In this document: positions 1 through 10,217 of the stretch, piece after piece
Layout of the letters: each line of letters starts with the position of its first letter
Position numbering within the stretch: the stretch's first letter is position 1
NCBI GenBank assembly: GCA_002307065.1
Contig: DBTN01000037.1
Location: 18,230 to 82,229, forward strand
From: Akkermansiaceae bacterium UBA1315
GTDB taxonomy: Bacteria; Verrucomicrobiota; Verrucomicrobiia; Verrucomicrobiales; Akkermansiaceae
Direction: 5' to 3'
DNA length: 64,000 bases
The notes under the pieces: model-generated
Seen by the model: the letters and a program-made list of their open reading frames with translations, nothing else
What the model was told of the DNA's origin: nothing
The model's database searches: none
Program-made: the position numbers and the translations under genes

Positions 1-1463
1 TGCAGCAGCTTGACTTCCACCGTCGCATCGGTCGCGGAGCCGGTTCGTGCCGTCATGAAAATATTGACCGCACATAAGATGAACCCCAGCAAATACAGCC
101 CGCCACCGAAGGAACGGAGCATGTAAGGGATGTGAATCGTTTGCAGTGTTTCGACAAATTCGTATTTCAGTGTCGCTCCGCCGGGATTGGTTTCACTGAG
201 CATCAGGCCTTGAGTGATGCCTGCGACCCACATCGCGGAGACATATAAAAGAATCCCGACAAGGCCGACCCAGAAATGCATGTTTGCCATCGCGGTTGAC
301 CAAAGCTTCGTCGACCACAAACGCGGAGCGAGCCAGTAGAACATCCCCGCAGCCATGAAGCCGTTCCAACCTAACGCACCGGAGTGGACGTGACCGATCG
401 TCCAGTCGGTATAGTGCGACAGCGCGTTGACCGAGCGGATGGAAAGCAGCGGACCTTCGAAGGTCGACATTCCGTAGAAAGTGACCGCCACGGCGAAAAA
501 TTTGATGATCGGATCGGTGCGGAGTTTATCCCAAGCCCCCCGCAGCGTCAGCAGACCATTGAGCATCCCGGCCCACGACGGAGCCCAGAGCATCAGTGAA
601 AAAAGCATGCCGAGCGTTTGCAACCAGCGCGGCAAGGACGTGTTGAGCAAGTGGTGAGGACCCGCCCAAATATAAATAAACACCAATGCCCAGAAGTGAA
701 TGATCGACAACCGGTAGGAATACACCGGCCGATCCACGGCCTTCGGCACGAAATAATACATGATCCCCAGAATCGGAGTCGTCAGGAAAAACGCGACGGC
801 ATTGTGCCCGTACCACCATTGCACCAATCCGTCCTGAACACCGCCGAAGATCGGATACGAGTGAATCAGCGAGGTCGGAATGGAGAGGTGATTGACGACA
901 TATAACAAAGCGATCGTCACAATCGTCGCGATGTAAAACCAGAGCGAAACATACAAACTCGGCTCATTCCGTTTCGCCAGCGTCCAGAAGAAGTTCACCC
1001 CAAAGATCACCCAGATCACCACGACGGCAATGTTCAGCGGCCAGATCAATTCGGCATACTCTTTGCCTCTTGTGAGGCCTGCGGGAAGCGTGATGGCCGC
1101 GCCCACGATAATCAACTGCCAGCCCCAGAAATGGATTTTCGAGAGCCAATCCGAAGCCAGCCGGACTTTACACAAACGTTGTGTCGAATAATACACTCCG
1201 GCGAAAACCATGTTTCCCACAAATGCGAAAATCACTGCATTGGTGTGCAACGGACGGATTCTGCCAAATGTGATATAGGAAAGCCCCTCGCTTTTCACCA
1301 ATCCAAAGGTGATGGCTTCGAGGAATTTTCCGTTCATTTGCCACCAGGAAAGTTGTGTGGCGGCAAGAACCCCGACCAACATTCCGACAATGCCCCAGAA
1401 AATCGAGGCGGTCATGAAACGGCGGACGGTGCGATCGTCGTAGGTGATGGTAGCGGTGGACAT
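1..1463 (-). CDS. ccoN: cbb3-type cytochrome c oxidase subunit I (runs off the window start; possibly a CcoN-CcoO fusion)
   Basis: Manual translation from ATG at 1463: MSTATITYDD...GRIRPLHTNAVIFAF...QWWYGHNAVAFFLT...WAGPHHLL...WTIGHVHSG, the canonical CcoN heme/Cu ligand motifs. The frame stays open to position 3. Confidence 0.95.
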   Translation of the reverse strand, partial: MSTATITYDDRTVRRFMTASIFWGIVGMLVGVLAATQLSWWQMNGKFLEAITFGLVKSEGLSYITFGRIRPLHTNAVIFAFVGNMVFAGVYYSTQRLCKVRLASDWLSKIHFWGWQLIIVGAAITLPAGLTRGKEYAELIWPLNIAVVVIWVIFGVNFFWTLAKRNEPSLYVSLWFYIATIVTIALLYVVNHLSIPTSLIHSYPIFGGVQDGLVQWWYGHNAVAFFLTTPILGIMYYFVPKAVDRPVYSYRLSIIHFWALVFIYIWAGPHHLLNTSLPRWLQTLGMLFSLMLWAPSWAGMLNGLLTLRGAWDKLRTDPIIKFFAVAVTFYGMSTFEGPLLSIRSVNALSHYTDWTIGHVHSGALGWNGFMAAGMFYWLAPRLWSTKLWSTAMANMHFWVGLVGILLYVSAMWVAGITQGLMLSETNPGGATLKYEFVETLQTIHIPYMLRSFGGGLYLLGFILCAVNIFMTARTGSATDATVEVKLL

Positions 1464-1472
1464 GGCGGAGAG

Positions 1473-1634
1473 TTAGAGGCGGCCGACCGGTTTGGTCGGC
1501 GGTGTGTCGAGCGGCAAAAGAGAGTCGCGCTCAAAGCTCGACCGTTTCGAACGACGGGCTTCCGCCGCGAAACAGACGACAAAAATTCCGGCCAGGCAGG
1601 AGCTGACAAGAATGGTGATGGCGAGCACGTTCAC
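1473..1634 (-). CDS. ccoS: CcoS-like small membrane protein (cbb3 oxidase maturation), 53 aa
   Basis: Manual translation, GTG start: MNVLAITILVSSCLAGIFVVCFAAEARRSKRSSFERDSLLPLDTPPTKPVGRL. One TM helix followed by a DSLLPL tail, directly upstream of ccoN. Confidence 0.65.
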   Translation of the reverse strand: MNVLAITILVSSCLAGIFVVCFAAEARRSKRSSFERDSLLPLDTPPTKPVGRL

Positions 1635-1712
1635 GCCGGTATCCAATCACGCCCGACCGGATTCCGCCCCGCATGGGCTCTCAAAGACTGTGCGGATCCT
1701 CCGCGAAACCAG

Positions 1713-2873
1713 TCAGCGGCCTGCCATCTGGCGGCGCGGCGCTTTTCTTGCCGCCGCGATCTGCGCGATCAACCGGTGCAAAATCAGCCGATGGTCCAAA
1801 CCGGTCGTCACCAGAGCTTGGTCCGCTTTCATCGTCGCCTCCATCACCTCTTGCAGGCCGTCGTATTCGAAATTCGCAGCGCCTTGGGCCGCGAGGAAAA
1901 TGGGGAAAACATTTACGCCGCTACCGTCTTTTTTCTGCGGAAGCCAGGCACGATCCGCTTCGGGCAAGCGGTTGAGACCGCCGGAAAATCCTTGGTAGTT
2001 ACCGGTCGGGACTTTCAGTTTTTCGACGATCAATTTCGCCATGAAAAGATTGCGAATCGTCGGGATGATCGAGGCGCGCATGATTCCGATGGCCGATTCG
2101 TCCGCTTCGAGCTGCTGATCGATCAGCGAAATCGCGCGGGCGGTATCGCCTTTTTGGATCGATTTCCCGATTTCAAAAACGACGGCAGCGCGGCTGAGTG
2201 GCACCATTTCCCGAACGTCTTGCTCGGTGACGGTGCGGCGTTCGGTTCCGAGATAAAGATCGAGTTTTTCCAATTCGTTGCCGATCTGCTGCGTTTGTTC
2301 GCCGGCGAGCAGGACAAAAAGCTCGAGCGCTTCGTTTTCGAACGTTAGTCCGAGTTCGTCCGCGCGTTTTTCGACGAGCGAACCGACTTGGTCCATCCAA
2401 TCGTCGCGGCTGGTGTCGATCCGGTCGTAAACCTGAACGTCCGCCGCCTTTTCGATGAATTTCCAGAACGCACGGCGCTTATCGACGCCTTGGGCGGTGA
2501 GCAGAAATTTCACGCCGTCCGGCAAACCTTTTTCCAACGTCGCCTTCAGACTTTCGATTCCGGATTCCGTGCGTTGCGAGCGACCGGTTACGGTGTCGGC
2601 GAAAAAATTCGCGTTGCGCAGCCAGACGACTTTATCGCCGCCGAACATCGGGATCGTCAAAAGCGCCTGGATCGTCGAAGAGCAGATTTCGTGAGCCGAA
2701 TCCGAATTATCCGCGATACCGTCGATCGTTTCGTGGGTAAATCCGTCGTCCACACCGCCGGTCAACCGGTTATAAAGAACCAGCGCCTTTTCCCGCACCA
2801 AACCTTCGTCACTCCCGATCACGGCGAAAAAATTCCCGTCGTTCTTAGGATTGGATTTCGGTTTCGCGGCCAC
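1713..2873 (-). CDS. holA: DNA polymerase III delta subunit
   Basis: VIGSDEGLV, ALLTIPMFGGDKVVWL and QIGNELEKLDLY motifs; 386 aa. Confidence 0.9.
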   Translation of the reverse strand: MAAKPKSNPKNDGNFFAVIGSDEGLVREKALVLYNRLTGGVDDGFTHETIDGIADNSDSAHEICSSTIQALLTIPMFGGDKVVWLRNANFFADTVTGRSQRTESGIESLKATLEKGLPDGVKFLLTAQGVDKRRAFWKFIEKAADVQVYDRIDTSRDDWMDQVGSLVEKRADELGLTFENEALELFVLLAGEQTQQIGNELEKLDLYLGTERRTVTEQDVREMVPLSRAAVVFEIGKSIQKGDTARAISLIDQQLEADESAIGIMRASIIPTIRNLFMAKLIVEKLKVPTGNYQGFSGGLNRLPEADRAWLPQKKDGSGVNVFPIFLAAQGAANFEYDGLQEVMEATMKADQALVTTGLDHRLILHRLIAQIAAARKAPRRQMAGR

Positions 2874-2927
2874 GCCGAAGAGTTAGCGGGCCATCGACGG
2901 CAGCGCAAGCTCACGACCTTGGCCGGA

Positions 2928-3389
2928 TCAATCCTCTTCTATACCACGAAGAAAAACCGGTCGCGAAAGTGCCGCGTTTACTTCCTCTTGAGAAAAGAAC
3001 GGCCAGGCGGGTCCGTGGCCTTGCTGAAGGACCCGCTGCCTTTTCTGCCGAAATTTCCTAAAGGCAAACCCAAGCGTGAGAAAAAACATGCAGTTTTTGA
3101 GAAAAACGATCGGTCCTGACGACGGCCACCGGTAAGGAAGATCCGATTTCAAAAACAAAACCCAGCGCGCCACATCCTTCTTGGTAAACTTATCCAGAGC
3201 CTTGTTTCCGGTCAGTCGATGTTCGGTGGTATCACTGTAAAGATGCCATCCACCGTTCCAAAAAATTGAATCGGTGGCCTCATCGTCCGAGATAGGCAAA
3301 GAATCTTCGTATTGGTCGTTGCTGATCCTCCCCGACGCCAGCCAGCGGAGCTTTTGCGCATGATCGTTTCTGGCAACGCGGTCAATCAT
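2928..3389 (-). CDS. Conserved-looking hypothetical protein, 153 aa
   Basis: Clean ORF with protein-like composition (W/Y/D rich, LFLKSDLPYRWP). Its start overlaps the stop of the upstream small ORF. Confidence 0.65.
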   Translation of the reverse strand: MIDRVARNDHAQKLRWLASGRISNDQYEDSLPISDDEATDSIFWNGGWHLYSDTTEHRLTGNKALDKFTKKDVARWVLFLKSDLPYRWPSSGPIVFLKNCMFFLTLGFAFRKFRQKRQRVLQQGHGPAWPFFSQEEVNAALSRPVFLRGIEED

Positions 3390-3582
3390 CGCTGGTGTAA
3401 GTCACCGAACCCCGAGTAATCCGATAAACTCGCGGAAATCCGGATTCAGGTTGTCCATGTTTCTCGTTCGTTTGGCAAATGACGGCCATTGCGCTCAACC
3501 GTTCCAAGTAGCTGCGATCTTTCCACGGATTTTCCCGGTTCCGGAAATCCTGCAAATTTCGTCTGACCACGACTTTTTCCAT
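3382..3582 (-). CDS. Small protein (66 aa) resembling the partners found upstream of nucleotidyltransferase TA toxins
   Basis: MEKVVVRRNLQDF...SYLERL...GFPRVYRITRG matches, from memory, the pattern MEKVV...ERL...RVYRI of those partners. Confidence 0.5.
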   Translation of the reverse strand: MEKVVVRRNLQDFRNRENPWKDRSYLERLSAMAVICQTNEKHGQPESGFPRVYRITRGSVTYTSDD

Positions 3583-3623
3583 GAGCGAGTGAAATCTCTC
3601 ACAAACCGGTGAGTTGCTCCACC

Positions 3624-4154
3624 TCAAAGATCCGACAGCGGAATCTCTCCCAGCCGGTCGGCTTTTTTCTTTTCGCGGGCTTCGCGGAAGAAGCTTTGGA
3701 TCAAATGCAGGCATTCTTCGCCGAGGACACCGGAAGTGATGTCACAGCGGTGATTGAGCGGAGGATTGCTGTCCAAAAGATTGATCCATCCCCCAGCGGC
3801 GCCTGCTTTCGCGTCAGGGCAACCGAAAACCACCCGCTCTGGCCGACAGTGGACGATGGCTCCGGCGCACATCGGGCATGGTTCCTTCGTCACATAAAGC
3901 GTGCATTTTTCCAGCCGCCAATCGCCGATCGCTTCCTGCGCGGCGGTCAAAGCGAGCATTTCCGCGTGAGCGGTCGCGTCTTTCAGCGTTTCGACTTGGT
4001 TCCAAGCACGAGCGATGATCCGGCCTTCTTTGACAATCACCGCGCCGACGGGGACTTCGGTCGCAGCATACGCGCGGCGGGCCTCACGGAGCGCTTGGCC
4101 CATGAAATACGCGTCGCTTTGCAAATCGATGATCAGGCCGTCTTTATCGTCCAC
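3624..4154 (-). CDS. tadA: tRNA adenosine(34) deaminase (start uncertain, 4154 or 4175)
   Basis: EVPVGAVIV, DATAHAEM and TKEPCPMCAGAI zinc-deaminase motifs. Confidence 0.95.
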   Translation of the reverse strand: MDDKDGLIIDLQSDAYFMGQALREARRAYAATEVPVGAVIVKEGRIIARAWNQVETLKDATAHAEMLALTAAQEAIGDWRLEKCTLYVTKEPCPMCAGAIVHCRPERVVFGCPDAKAGAAGGWINLLDSNPPLNHRCDITSGVLGEECLHLIQSFFREAREKKKADRLGEIPLSDL

Positions 4155-4160
4155 GCGGCA

Positions 4161-4188
4161 AAGGTCATGGGTCAAAAGTCATTGGTCA
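4161..4188. repeat. Heptamer tandem repeat, NNNGTCA x4
   Basis: aaggtca tgggtca aaagtca ttggtca, read directly. Confidence 0.75.
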
Positions 4189-4201
4189 ATCGCGGAAGAT
4201 C

Positions 4202-5887
4202 TCAAACCGGTAGTCTCAGCACCGCACCGGTGTCGGCGCTGGTGACCATGGCCGCGTATCTCGCAAGATAACCGGTTCGCGCTTTCGGAACCGGTGCGAC
4301 ATACCGTTTTTTTCGCTCCGCTAAAATTTCATCGCTCACGTTCAGATGAATCGTCCGCGCCGGGATATCGATCTCGATGAGGTCGCCCGGTTCCACCAAA
4401 CCGATCGTCCCACCGGCTGCGGCTTCGGGAGAAACGTGGCCGATCGCGCCGCCACGAGTCGCTCCGGAAAATCGCCCGTCGGTCACCAGCGCAACCGAAT
4501 CGCCGAGTCCACGCCCCGCAAGCGCGGCGGTCGGCGCGAGCATTTCCTGCATACCCGGTCCGCCTTTCGGGCCTTCGTAGCGAATCACCACCACATCGCC
4601 GGATTTCACGCGACCTCCCAAAATCCCGACATGCGCTTGTTCCTGAGATTCGAAAATGACCGCAGGGCCGGAAAATTTCATCATCTTCGGACTCACTCCC
4701 GCCGCTTTGATCACGCAGCCATTTGGTGCCAGATTCCCAAACAAAATCGCCAGCCCGCCTTGCTGAGAATAAGCGCGCTCAACCGGACGGATCACCTCCG
4801 CGTCTTTCACTTCGGCAACGGAAATCGTCTCACCCAGCGTCAAACCGGTCACGGTCATCGCATCCGGATGAAGAATGCCTGGCATTTCCGATAAGGTTTT
4901 TAAAATCCCCGAAATTCCGCCCGCGCGGTCGATGTCCTCCATGTAATGCGTGCCGGATGGCGCGACTTTGCAGAGGTGCGGAACGCGCGCGGAAATCGTG
5001 TTGAAATCCTGCATGGTCAACGACACTTCCGCTTCGGAAGCGATGGCGATCGTGTGCAGAATCGTATTCGACGATCCGCCCATCGCCATGTCGAGAGCCA
5101 GCGCGTTCTCAAAAGCCTCACGGGTGAAAATGTCTCTCGCTCGCACGTTGTCGCGAACCAATCGGATGATCGTTCGCCCCGCTCGTTGAAAAAGCGCGTC
5201 ACGGGCCGGATCCGTCGCGAGGATCGAACCATTTCCCGGCAGGGCGATGCCGAGCGCTTCGCAAAGGCAGTTCATCGAATTCGCGGTAAACATCCCCGAG
5301 CAAGATCCGCACGTCGGGCAGGCATTGCGTTCGATTTCCTCAAGCTGCCGTTCGGTGATCGAATTCGCGGAAAGCTGGCCGACCGCTTCGAAAACCGAGG
5401 CGAGATCCAACGATTTCCCGGTGCTCGGGTTTTTCCCCGAACGCATCGGACCGCCGGAAACAAAGACCGTAGGAATGTTCACCCGAGCGGCCCCCATCAT
5501 CATCCCGGGAACAATTTTGTCACAATTCGGAATACAAACGACGCCATCAAAACAATGGGCTCGCAACATGGTTTCCACGGAATCCGCGATGATTTCCCGC
5601 GAAGGCAGCGAATACTTCATGCCGCCGTGCCCCATGGCGATCCCGTCGTCCACGCCGATGCAGTTGAATTCAAAGGGGATACCGCCCGCCTCGCGCACCG
5701 CTTCCCGCACTTTTCGACCGACCACGTCCAGATGCGCATGCCCGGGAATGATCTGCACAAAGGAATTCGCGATCGCGATAAATGGTTTCTCCCAATCGTC
5801 CTCCGACTGGATCGCACCGGTCGCGCGAAGAAGACTGCGGTGCGGCGCGCGGATTGCTCCCTTTTTGATCGTATCGCTGATTGCCAT
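4202..5887 (-). CDS. ilvD: Dihydroxy-acid dehydratase
   Basis: [42 protein letters not shown] and TDGRFSG motifs. Confidence 0.97.
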   Translation of the reverse strand: MAISDTIKKGAIRAPHRSLLRATGAIQSEDDWEKPFIAIANSFVQIIPGHAHLDVVGRKVREAVREAGGIPFEFNCIGVDDGIAMGHGGMKYSLPSREIIADSVETMLRAHCFDGVVCIPNCDKIVPGMMMGAARVNIPTVFVSGGPMRSGKNPSTGKSLDLASVFEAVGQLSANSITERQLEEIERNACPTCGSCSGMFTANSMNCLCEALGIALPGNGSILATDPARDALFQRAGRTIIRLVRDNVRARDIFTREAFENALALDMAMGGSSNTILHTIAIASEAEVSLTMQDFNTISARVPHLCKVAPSGTHYMEDIDRAGGISGILKTLSEMPGILHPDAMTVTGLTLGETISVAEVKDAEVIRPVERAYSQQGGLAILFGNLAPNGCVIKAAGVSPKMMKFSGPAVIFESQEQAHVGILGGRVKSGDVVVIRYEGPKGGPGMQEMLAPTAALAGRGLGDSVALVTDGRFSGATRGGAIGHVSPEAAAGGTIGLVEPGDLIEIDIPARTIHLNVSDEILAERKKRYVAPVPKARTGYLARYAAMVTSADTGAVLRLPV

Positions 5888-5943
5888 GCCGTCAGGATAC
5901 GAAGATCTTCCATATTGAGAATGACTTCATCGGTCGCGTTTTG

Positions 5944-5958
5944 ATACTTTTTTGGTAT
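5944..5958. promoter_or_regulatory. LysR-type recognition box ATAC-N7-GTAT
   Basis: ATACttttttgGTAT is the T-N11-A palindrome of the BenM/CatR type. It overlaps the LysR ATG in the divergent ilvD intergenic region. Confidence 0.7.
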
Positions 5959-6835
5959 GAACTATTCATTTCGGGAACTGGAATGTTTCATCGCCGTTGC
6001 CGAGGAACTTTCCTTCACCAGAGCCGCAGAACGCCTTCATCTCGCGCAGCCGCCGCTCTCCAGACACATCCGAACCTTGGAAGAAAAAGTCGGCGCCGAG
6101 CTTTTCCTGCGAAGGCCGCGAAAAATCTCACTCACTCCCGCGGGCATGATTTTTTACGAAGAAACCCGCAACATTCCCCGCCGAATGGAGAGAGCCGGAG
6201 AAATCGCCAAAAGAACATCGCTGGGCGAAACCGCGCGGCTGCGTCTCGGATTTGTGAGCGCGGTCATGAACGATGAGCTGATCGATATTTTCCGCCGGTT
6301 CCGGAAAACTCACAGCGGCGTGCAGATCATGCTTCACGATCTGGCCCCTCAGGAGCAACTCAATGCCATCGCCGATGGCCGATTGGAGGGTGGTTTCATC
6401 GGGCTTCAGCCGCGCGAGGCACGAACCGGTATCCGGTTTGTCCCCTGGCACAAAGAACCGCTGAAATGCTTCGTTCCCCAAGGCCACGTGTTTGAGGAAA
6501 AGAAAATCCTCCATCTCGAATCGGCGATGGATGAATCTTTCATCGCCGTCGCCAGTGAATCCGCGCCCGCCTTCGCCGCGCACGTCCGGGACCTCTGCGG
6601 AGCCGCTGGCTTTCGCCCGCGCGTCATTCTCGAATCCCCACGTGCTCAAGCAGTTGCCTTAATGGTCGCCGCTGGATCGGGCATCGCGATTCTACCGGCG
6701 GCATTGGCCGGACTGTTTCCGGAATCGGTCCGGGCGATTCCGCTGAAAGGAAATCCGTCGATCACCCACGTTTTCGCGTGCCGCAAACAAAAGCCGACCC
6801 CTGCGCTGGACGATCTGATCCGGATGATGAAATAG
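5957..6835 (+). CDS. LysR family transcriptional regulator (AlsR/BenM-like)
   Basis: N-terminal HTH FIAVAEELSFTRAAERLHLAQPPLSRHIRTLEE plus a substrate-binding domain. Confidence 0.95.
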   Translation: MNYSFRELECFIAVAEELSFTRAAERLHLAQPPLSRHIRTLEEKVGAELFLRRPRKISLTPAGMIFYEETRNIPRRMERAGEIAKRTSLGETARLRLGFVSAVMNDELIDIFRRFRKTHSGVQIMLHDLAPQEQLNAIADGRLEGGFIGLQPREARTGIRFVPWHKEPLKCFVPQGHVFEEKKILHLESAMDESFIAVASESAPAFAAHVRDLCGAAGFRPRVILESPRAQAVALMVAAGSGIAILPAALAGLFPESVRAIPLKGNPSITHVFACRKQKPTPALDDLIRMMK

Positions 6836-6867
6836 CTTCGCGAAACGTGTTGGACGTCCGAGATTCG

Positions 6868-7554
6868 ATGTTTCATCCTCTGCCCGTGATTCCGAAGACT
6901 TTCAAAGACCGCGTCATCGCCCCTTCCCTGTTGGCCGCCGATTTTTCCCGGATCGGTGAAGAAACGACCCGTGCGATCAATGCCGGGGCCGACTGGATGC
7001 ACATGGACGTGATGGATGGCCACTTCGTGGAAAATATTTCGTTCGGCCCGGCGGTGATCCAAGCGGTTCACGAGACGAACGACGTCTTTCTGGATGTCCA
7101 CCTGATGATTTCCCGACCGGATCATTATCTCGCACGCTTCATTTCCGCCGGATCTGACCTGATCACGGTGCATGTCGAAGCCGACCACGATGTGAAAGAA
7201 ACCCTCGGACGAATCCGCGAAGCCGGTTGTCTCGCCGGTCTCGCGCTCAATCCGGCGACGCCGATCGAAGCGGTCGAACCCTACCTTGATCAAATCGATC
7301 TGCTCCTCTGCATGACCGTCGTCCCCGGCTTCGGCGGGCAGGCATTCATGCCGGAAGTGCTTGAAAAAATCAAAGCGGCCGCCGCATTTCGCGAAGCACG
7401 TGGGCTGGAATTCCACATCGAAGTCGACGGCGGGATCGACGCGAAAACCGCCGCTCTCTGCGCGGCCGCAGGAGCGAATGTGATGGTCGCCGGTTCCTCG
7501 ACCTTCGGAGCGGCCGATATGAAAGAAGCCGTCCGCGCGATTCGCGAGGCCTGA
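6868..7554 (+). CDS. rpe: Ribulose-phosphate 3-epimerase
   Basis: IAPSLLAADF, HMDVMDGHFVENISFG, MTVVPGFGGQ and EVDGGI motifs. Confidence 0.96.
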   Translation: MFHPLPVIPKTFKDRVIAPSLLAADFSRIGEETTRAINAGADWMHMDVMDGHFVENISFGPAVIQAVHETNDVFLDVHLMISRPDHYLARFISAGSDLITVHVEADHDVKETLGRIREAGCLAGLALNPATPIEAVEPYLDQIDLLLCMTVVPGFGGQAFMPEVLEKIKAAAAFREARGLEFHIEVDGGIDAKTAALCAAAGANVMVAGSSTFGAADMKEAVRAIREA

Positions 7555-7600
7555 CTTTCGATGCTTGCTCACCGGGCGGTGACTGACTTGACTCCGCCGC

Positions 7601-8383
7601 ATGAATCGCCCCGACGGACGCCAGATCGATCAACTTCGCGAAATTTCCTTCGTTCCAAACGTCGCACCGCACGCGACCGGTTCGGTGCTCGTTTCGTTTG
7701 GCGACACGCGAGTGATCTGCGCCGCGACGATCGAGGACGACGTCCCGCGCTGGATGCGCTCTCAACGGGTCGAGGGCGGCTGGCTCACAGCGGAATATTC
7801 GATGCTTCCCTATTCGACGCTGGATCGCAAAGCCCGCGACATTTCCCGTGGCAAACTCGACGGTCGCTCGTCGGAGATCCAGCGCCTGATCGGCCGCGCG
7901 CTGCGGGCAGTGATCGATTTGAAAAAACTCGGCCAGCGCACGGTTTGGATCGATTGTGACGTTTTGCAAGCCGATGGCGGCACCCGGACCGCATCGATCA
8001 CCGGCGGCTGTGTGGCGGCGGCGATCGCATTCAACAAGCTGATGGCGGCTGGCAAGATCAAAGATTTCCCGATGAAAAAACTCGTCGCCGCCGTTTCCGC
8101 AGGCGTCTTCGAAGGCACACCGGTTTTGGATTTGAACTACCTCGAAGACAAAGCGGCGTCGGTCGATTTTAACGTCGTGATGACGGAAACTTCCGAGTTT
8201 GTGGAGATCCAAGGCAGCGGCGAAGAAGCGGTTTTCTCGTCCGAGGAAATGACCGCGATGCTCGACCTTTCCCGCAAAGGCATCGCCGAACTGATCTCCA
8301 AGCAGAAGATGGCGATCATCAATGCAGACCGCGCGGAACCGGTGGACCTCACCTCGTTGACCGCCGCTTTCGGACGCCGCTGA
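7601..8383 (+). CDS. rph: Ribonuclease PH
   Basis: RPDGR, GWLTAEYSMLP, EIQRLIGRALR and QADGGTRTASITG motifs. Confidence 0.97.
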   Translation: MNRPDGRQIDQLREISFVPNVAPHATGSVLVSFGDTRVICAATIEDDVPRWMRSQRVEGGWLTAEYSMLPYSTLDRKARDISRGKLDGRSSEIQRLIGRALRAVIDLKKLGQRTVWIDCDVLQADGGTRTASITGGCVAAAIAFNKLMAAGKIKDFPMKKLVAAVSAGVFEGTPVLDLNYLEDKAASVDFNVVMTETSEFVEIQGSGEEAVFSSEEMTAMLDLSRKGIAELISKQKMAIINADRAEPVDLTSLTAAFGRR

Positions 8384-8387
8384 TTTT

Positions 8388-10121
8388 TCAGATCCGCTCC
8401 CGCCACCGGCGGCGCAAGGCTTCCGGGGCGAGTTCGGGGCGGAATTCCTTGAGAAATTTTTCCTCGGCGTCCAGCGTTCCGATCAGCAGGAGCTTGCCGT
8501 CTTTCGGCAGGATGATTCCCGGGTCCGGGTTGACGACGCGGTCGCCATCGCGCTCGACGGCGATGATCGTGCAACCGGTTTCCGTGCGCACCGCGCAATC
8601 GGCCAGGCGCCGCCCGGCGAGCTGCTCCGGAACCGGCGACGGAAAAACCGAGACGCCCTCGGCGAGCAACAGATTGTCGCTTTCACGCACCATGTTGAAA
8701 ATCGTGTTCGCGCCCATCGAGGCTGACGACAACACCAGATCCGCCCCGGCCCGGTGAAGCGTCTGGACGTTTCGATCCAAGGTGCAACGGGAAATGATCT
8801 GCAAATTCGGGCGCAGACGGCGGAAAAAAATCGTTAGCGAAATGTTCACATCGTCGTCATGCGTCGTGATGATCACCGTCGCCGCGTCGCGCGCGTGAGC
8901 GGATCGCAGGACATCGAGATGCGTCGCGTCGCCAATCACCGCGTCGTCCCGACCGAGGACGCGCTCAGGAATTTTTTCGATAATCGACGCCTGAAGACCT
9001 GCTTCTTTTAACGAGTCGCTCGCGATTCGTCCGACTCTTCCGCCGCCGACGATCACAATGCGACAACGCTCCGTGCGCGGATGCCGGAAGGCGACATTGT
9101 ATTTTTCGATCTGATCTTCCGTACCGGCCAAAACCAGTACCGACTGGCGTTTGATCAGCGTGTGCGGCTCGACGGTTTGCAAACGGCCATGATCCCAAAT
9201 TCCGATCACGCTCAGACCGGTTCGCTGGCGAATCCCGCTGGCCGCGATCGTCAGGCCTTCCAATTCGGTGTCGGCCGCATTGGCTTCCGCGATCAACAGA
9301 CCTTCCGCATTGCCGATGATATGGGCGGCCGAGTCTTTCCCGATCACCCGCCGCGCCAGAGCCTGACCCATCGTATTATCAAGCCTCAAAACCAAACTCG
9401 CTCCGGCCAGTTCTAACACGTCGCGTGCCGAATCCGACGATGCCGATGCGACGATCGTGACATTTTCCGCCATTTCCCGGGCGGTGAAGGTGATATTCGT
9501 ATTGAGAACATCCGACCGGGTCGCGACCAGCATCGCCGCACGATCGAGCCTCATTTTCCGATACGTTTCCGGGTCATCCAGCTCGCCCAGGCCGACGTGG
9601 ATCCCCTGTTCGTAAAGTTCGAGCGCCTCCGCAACGGTCGGCGTGAGGATCACATAGGAATGCCCATATCGTTCTAACAAAGGGATGAGCGCCGCGGTGA
9701 TCGGATCGTAGCAGGTAAAAATGACATGGTTCCGTGTTTCCTTCGGCAGCTCTCTTGGCGTCCGCGCCGCCGCCTGCGCTTTCATCCACGGCTCGTAAAA
9801 AAATTCGATAAACGTGAACGGCAAAATGACTAAGAGAAACATCACCCCGGTCACCAAAACCAGAATCGAAAACAAGCGCCCGGCATCACCGTGAAACGTG
9901 ATGTCGCCAAAGCCCAGCGTCGTCATCACCGTCAGCGTCCAATACAAACCGGTGATCCAACTGAAATGCTGGCCTTCCCGCTCCATCAATCCGTGGAACG
10001 CCACCGAATAGACCAGGATCAAAACCAACAAGACGGATAGCAACCGAAGCAGCGTCCGCAAATTCGAGCGGCTACTGCGGTTCCCTAAAAAAGCAGCGAT
10101 GACGGCGGCAAAAGATTTCAT
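8388..10121 (-). CDS. Potassium channel protein with tandem TrkA-N/TrkA-C (RCK) domains
   Basis: TMTTLGFGDI selectivity filter, two TM helices and an IVGGGRVG Rossmann motif. Confidence 0.9.
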   Translation of the reverse strand: MKSFAAVIAAFLGNRSSRSNLRTLLRLLSVLLVLILVYSVAFHGLMEREGQHFSWITGLYWTLTVMTTLGFGDITFHGDAGRLFSILVLVTGVMFLLVILPFTFIEFFYEPWMKAQAAARTPRELPKETRNHVIFTCYDPITAALIPLLERYGHSYVILTPTVAEALELYEQGIHVGLGELDDPETYRKMRLDRAAMLVATRSDVLNTNITFTAREMAENVTIVASASSDSARDVLELAGASLVLRLDNTMGQALARRVIGKDSAAHIIGNAEGLLIAEANAADTELEGLTIAASGIRQRTGLSVIGIWDHGRLQTVEPHTLIKRQSVLVLAGTEDQIEKYNVAFRHPRTERCRIVIVGGGRVGRIASDSLKEAGLQASIIEKIPERVLGRDDAVIGDATHLDVLRSAHARDAATVIITTHDDDVNISLTIFFRRLRPNLQIISRCTLDRNVQTLHRAGADLVLSSASMGANTIFNMVRESDNLLLAEGVSVFPSPVPEQLAGRRLADCAVRTETGCTIIAVERDGDRVVNPDPGIILPKDGKLLLIGTLDAEEKFLKEFRPELAPEALRRRWRERI

Positions 10122-10217
10122 CGTGCCCATGAGATACCCCACGGATCCAGACATTCCAAGGCCCAACCGGTCCCGAAAACAGCGCGGATCTTTCGATGCC
10201 GTCCAGCGGTGAAGACC

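Noticed and set aside
1464-1712. FNR/Anr box upstream of ccoS-ccoN
   Set aside because: No TTGAT-N4-ATCAA match.
1131-2348. Long + strand ORF (405 aa) and similar long antisense ORFs (4946-5944, 35547-36638, 46135-47232, 51845-53323, 56184-57686)
   Set aside because: They are shadows of well-supported genes on the opposite strand; biased codon usage in GC-rich DNA leaves antisense frames open; no recognisable motifs.
8388-10121. GFG instead of GYG in the K+ channel filter
   Set aside because: GFG is a common natural variant.
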